Translations under genes and position numbers: made by a program | NCBI GenBank assembly: GCA_934101345.1 | Contig: CAKOQV010000001.1 | Span: forward strand, 104,991 to 166,827 | Length of the DNA: 61,837 nucleotides | Reading direction: 5' to 3' | From: an uncultured Bacilli bacterium | GTDB lineage: Bacteria > Bacillota_I > Bacilli_A > RF39 > UBA660 | Notes under the pieces: model-generated | The model's database searches: none | Told to the model about the DNA's origin: nothing | Seen by the model: only the letters and a program-made list of their open reading frames with translations | Shown: piece by piece, positions 58,506 to 61,837 of the stretch | Layout of the letters: every line of letters starts with the position of its first letter | Numbering within the stretch: the stretch's first letter is position 1

Positions 58506-59246
58506 ATGAGATATTTAATTACAATTAGTTATGATGGAACAGGTTTTTTTGGCTATCAGAAACAGCCTAAGGAAAGAACAGTTCAGTCAGAACTAGAAAA
58601 AGCATTAAAAGAAATAAATGGAGGTAAGAAAGTAGATGTTCACGCTTCAGGAAGAACCGATGCTGGAGTACATGCACTAAATCAAAAAGTTCACTTTGAT
58701 TTAGAAACAAAAATAACTACCGACAAACTAGGAAGAGGCTTAAATAGTCTTTTACCCAATGATATCTACGTAAAAGATGTTAAAGAAGTACCAGAGGATT
58801 TTCATGCTAGATTTTCTGCGATAGGGAAAGAATACATCTACAAACTAAACATGGGTGAATATAATCCATTAGAAAGAAACTATGTCTATCAGCATAACAA
58901 AAAATTAGATGTTGTTGAAATGGAAAGAGCTATGAAATATCTTGAAGGAAAACATAACTTCAAATCATTTACTAAAACAGATGAAGAAAAAGATGACTAT
59001 GTAAGAACAATATCTCAAACAAATATAATTAGAGATAGCAAAGACATAAATAAAATAACTCTCTCATTTGTAGGAACAGGTTTCTTAAGATATATGGTAA
59101 GAAATATCGTTGGAACTCTAATAGCAGTCGGTGAAGGTAAAATAAAGAGTGAAGAAGTAATAGATATATTAAGAAAAGAAGATAGAAGAGCTGCTGGTAA
59201 AACAGCAAATCCAGAAGGATTATATCTAAAGAATGTCTTTTATTAA
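58506..59246 (+). CDS. truA: tRNA pseudouridine(38-40) synthase
   Basis: YDGTGFFGYQKQ and the catalytic GRTDAGVHA motif. Confidence 0.95.
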   Translation: MRYLITISYDGTGFFGYQKQPKERTVQSELEKALKEINGGKKVDVHASGRTDAGVHALNQKVHFDLETKITTDKLGRGLNSLLPNDIYVKDVKEVPEDFHARFSAIGKEYIYKLNMGEYNPLERNYVYQHNKKLDVVEMERAMKYLEGKHNFKSFTKTDEEKDDYVRTISQTNIIRDSKDINKITLSFVGTGFLRYMVRNIVGTLIAVGEGKIKSEEVIDILRKEDRRAAGKTANPEGLYLKNVFY

Positions 59247-59296
59247 TTTACAAAGTTAAAAATATATATTATAATTAATTAGAAGGATGTGTAATT

Positions 59297-59824
59297 GTGG
59301 GAAGAGAATTAAGAAGAAAAGAAGCAAAAAGAAATGGAAAAAATGTTAGAGATATACAAAAATTAAGTAAAGAAAAACCAATGACTATGAAACAGTTCAT
59401 TACAATAATAGTGGTTTTATTAGTGTTTTTTGTAATACTTTATATACTAACAGGAATATTTATTACTAAGGACATAAAGTGGTTTGATAAGAAAGATAAT
59501 ACTACTGATAATGCAAGCACTGTGTCAAATAAGATACTAGGAGTAGATTCATTAAGACAATCTGAAGAAGAATACTATGTCTACTACTACGACACTACTA
59601 ACGAAAACAGTAAAGTAACAAATGCAGTTAATATGCTTGGTAAAATGGTATATAAGGTTGACTTACATGATTCTTTTAATGCCAATATAGTTGGAGAACC
59701 ATCAGGAGTAGTATCGGATATATCAGAATTAAAAGTAGCAGACCCTACAGTAATCAAAGTAGCAAATAGTACCATTACTGAGTATTATACAGGAGTAGAA
59801 CAAATAATTACTACTTTAAAATAA
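59297..59824 (+). CDS. membrane-anchored protein, unknown function
   Basis: GTG start. Basic N-terminus, then a TM (FITIIVVLLVFFVILYILTGIFI) and an extracytoplasmic domain. Confidence 0.5.
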   Translation: MGRELRRKEAKRNGKNVRDIQKLSKEKPMTMKQFITIIVVLLVFFVILYILTGIFITKDIKWFDKKDNTTDNASTVSNKILGVDSLRQSEEEYYVYYYDTTNENSKVTNAVNMLGKMVYKVDLHDSFNANIVGEPSGVVSDISELKVADPTVIKVANSTITEYYTGVEQIITTLK

Positions 59825-59839
59825 AATAAGGGGGCAATT

Positions 59840-60346
59840 ATGCAAAAATTATATTTAGATTGTGATGGTGTAATTCTAGATACAATAAATTATACCTATC
59901 AAATAATAAAAGAAAGAAATATTCCCGAAGATAAAAAAGAAGATTTCTATAAAAATTTATCTTGGGATACTCTAATAGAAAAAGCTGGAGAAATAAATAA
60001 TTCCATTGAGAAGATAAAAAAATTAAGCAAATACTTTGATGTAGAAATACTAACTCATGTTAATTCTGATAATGAAATAAGAGCAAAGTTTAAATACTTT
60101 ACTTCAGTACTTCCGGATATCAAATTAAATGTTGTTCCAAAAATAATTAAGAAAGGCGATATAGTAAATCCAAAAGGAGCTATTCTTGTAGATGACTTTA
60201 TGCCTAATTTAGAATACTGGAGTGAAATGGGTGGAATACCAGTAAAATTTTCTGATACCAATAAAGAATGCAAGTTTATTAAAATTAATGACTTATTAGA
60301 ATTATTAAAAATAGACTTTACAAATAAAGTAAAGATTGAAGAATAA
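59840..60346 (+). CDS. HAD-superfamily hydrolase (5'(3')-deoxyribonucleotidase-like)
   Basis: N-terminal LYLDCDGVILDT (DxDxV/T motif I) and a late VDD motif. GGGGG RBS. Confidence 0.6.
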   Translation: MQKLYLDCDGVILDTINYTYQIIKERNIPEDKKEDFYKNLSWDTLIEKAGEINNSIEKIKKLSKYFDVEILTHVNSDNEIRAKFKYFTSVLPDIKLNVVPKIIKKGDIVNPKGAILVDDFMPNLEYWSEMGGIPVKFSDTNKECKFIKINDLLELLKIDFTNKVKIEE

Positions 60347-60357
60347 AGGTGATACAA

Positions 60358-61638
60358 ATGAAGTTAATGAATGTAAAAGGAACTAGTGATAGTCTTCCTA
60401 AAGAGGAATTAATAAAAAGAAGAGTAGTGAATACCTTAACTAGTACTTTTGAAAAGTTTGGATATATGCCACTTGATACTACCATATTATGTTATTATGA
60501 CTTATTAGCATCAAAATATGCTGGTGGTAGTGAAATACTAAAAGAAGTATATACTCTAAATGATCAAGGCGATAGAAAACTAGGACTAAGATATGATCTT
60601 ACAGTACCATTTTCTAAAGTAATTAGTATGAATGTAAATAAAAGTATTACATTACCACTAAAAAGATACGAAGTAGGAAAAGTATTTCGTGATGGTCCAG
60701 TAAAAACAGGTAGAGCAAGAGAGTTTTATCAGTGTGATGTCGATGTATGTGGTATAGAAGGAACATTTATAGAAGCAGAAATGTTATCAATGACTAGTCT
60801 ATGCTATAAAAAACTAGGAATAGATGTCTATATAGAAGTAAATAATCGTAAGTTACTTGAAGGTTTCATACTTGCGGCAGGTATAGATGAAAGTATTAAG
60901 AATAAAGTAATACTATCTGTAGATAAACTAGCTAAAATAGGAGAAAGAGGAGTAAAAGAAGAATTAGCTTCTTATGATATAGAAGAAGAAAAACTAGATA
61001 AATTATTTAGTTACTTTAAATGTACTATTGAAGAGTTAGATAATCTAGATATTACTAATAATATCTTTAATGAAGGAAAAGAAGAAATAAAAGAATTATT
61101 TAATTACTTAAATAGTCTAGGTATAACAGAATGTATGTTTACTCCATACCTTGCTAGAGGATTAGAAATATATACAGGTACAGTATTTGAAGTATTTGAT
61201 AAGAAACAAAGAATAAGATCCGCTATTGGAGGGGGAGGAAGATATGATAAAATAATTACCAACTTTATAGATGATGGTAATACATACCCTGCTGTTGGAA
61301 TATCTTTTGGTATTGTACCAATATGTGAAATATTAAAAGAAGAAGTAAATGAAGCATTATATGATGTACTTATAGTACCTATGAATACTAATATAGAATC
61401 ATTAAAACTAGCTAATAATTTAAGAAAAGAAGATATTAAAGTACTGATAGAAATGAATAATAGAAAATTAAAGAAAGTATTTGAATCTGCTGATAAAAAC
61501 AATGTACCTTATGTTATTGTACTAGGAGAAAATGAAGTAAATGAAGGTACTATAGAAATAAAAGATATGAAAAATAAAACTACTAGTAAATTTAATATAA
61601 ATGACATAGAAAGTATGAAAGAATATATTAATAAATAA
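60358..61638 (+). CDS. hisS: histidine--tRNA ligase
   Basis: GTSDSLP, LRYDLTVP, FRDGPVKTGRAREFYQCD (motif 2) and GGGGRYD (motif 3), plus a C-terminal anticodon-binding domain. Confidence 0.92.
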   Translation: MKLMNVKGTSDSLPKEELIKRRVVNTLTSTFEKFGYMPLDTTILCYYDLLASKYAGGSEILKEVYTLNDQGDRKLGLRYDLTVPFSKVISMNVNKSITLPLKRYEVGKVFRDGPVKTGRAREFYQCDVDVCGIEGTFIEAEMLSMTSLCYKKLGIDVYIEVNNRKLLEGFILAAGIDESIKNKVILSVDKLAKIGERGVKEELASYDIEEEKLDKLFSYFKCTIEELDNLDITNNIFNEGKEEIKELFNYLNSLGITECMFTPYLARGLEIYTGTVFEVFDKKQRIRSAIGGGGRYDKIITNFIDDGNTYPAVGISFGIVPICEILKEEVNEALYDVLIVPMNTNIESLKLANNLRKEDIKVLIEMNNRKLKKVFESADKNNVPYVIVLGENEVNEGTIEIKDMKNKTTSKFNINDIESMKEYINK

Positions 61639-61716
61639 TTTATTTATTTTTATTGTAAAATATATTTACTTATGGTAAAATTCTATATGTAAGGTATATG
61701 GAAGGAGGCTCCTCTT

Positions 61717-61782
61717 ATGAACAAAAAAGTAATTAAAAAAGTTAACTACAAGTTAATTAGGGGGGGGGGCTGTAAATCTTAA
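61717..61782 (+). CDS. 5' end of an ORF truncated after a G10 tract (possible phase-OFF allele or homopolymer sequencing error)
   Basis: Strong RBS GGAAGGAGG at 61700-61708 and ATG at 61717. After the G10 tract the current frame stops at 61780. A G9 or G12 tract would open the frame to the end of the window. Confidence 0.4.
   Translation: MNKKVIKKVNYKLIRGGGCKS
61760..61769 (+). repeat. G10 homopolymer
   Basis: Ten consecutive G in an otherwise very AT-rich sequence, located 43 nt into an ORF. Confidence 0.95.
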
Positions 61783-61837
61783 TAATAAAATAAATAATAT
61801 AGAGACTATAGGGAAAACTAATAGAAATATTAGTCTT

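Overview
61.8-kb chromosomal segment from a very AT-rich low-GC Gram-positive bacterium. G+C was judged by eye, not computed, and looks well under 30%. The genetic code is standard, since TGA is used as a stop. The organism looks Bacillota, Erysipelotrichia/Clostridia-like, and a SpoIIP homologue suggests a spore-former lineage. I call about 60 genes, all but four on the + strand, and most are housekeeping. They include envelope glycopolymer genes (wecB, tagO-like), alaS, an RNase J-like gene, whiA, a U32 peptidase and T-box-controlled thrS. Further along are cca, a DnaD-domain gene, nth, asnB, fhs, mtaB, a heterodimeric ABC exporter and a cysteine desulfurase. The rest comprise the hrcA-grpE-dnaK-dnaJ heat-shock operon with CIRCE operators, rsmE, spoIIP, rnhC, ecfA1-ecfA2-ecfT, truA and hisS. 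Accessory content includes a class-B sortase plus a 1376-aa vWA/MucBP modular surface protein with a PPQTG sorting signal, and two Fic-family genes, one with a degenerate motif. It also includes a relB/dinJ-yafQ toxin-antitoxin pair whose toxin carries an in-frame stop. Several other decayed genes are present: a nucleoside 2-deoxyribosyltransferase, dinD, and an orphan NPKTG sorting-signal tail. I found no rRNA, tRNA, CRISPR array, IS element or prophage. The signals I consider most worth follow-up are listed here. (1) A family of at least 8 REP-like double-hairpin intergenic repeats with conserved loop edges and compensatory stem changes. (2) A roughly 280-nt promoter-to-terminator unit with no convincing ORF between whiA and the U32 peptidase gene. 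(3) A G10 homopolymer that truncates an ORF at the right edge, a candidate phase-variation switch. (4) An ECF transporter ATPase pair whose motif decay is coherently confined to one of the two ATP sites. (5) A metallothionein-like Cys-rich N-terminus on GrpE, plus a small membrane ORF inserted in the dnaK operon. (6) A TGS-less ThrRS preceded by an unknown 82-aa ORF inside the T-box-controlled unit. All functional calls rest on motif recognition by eye. No database search was run.
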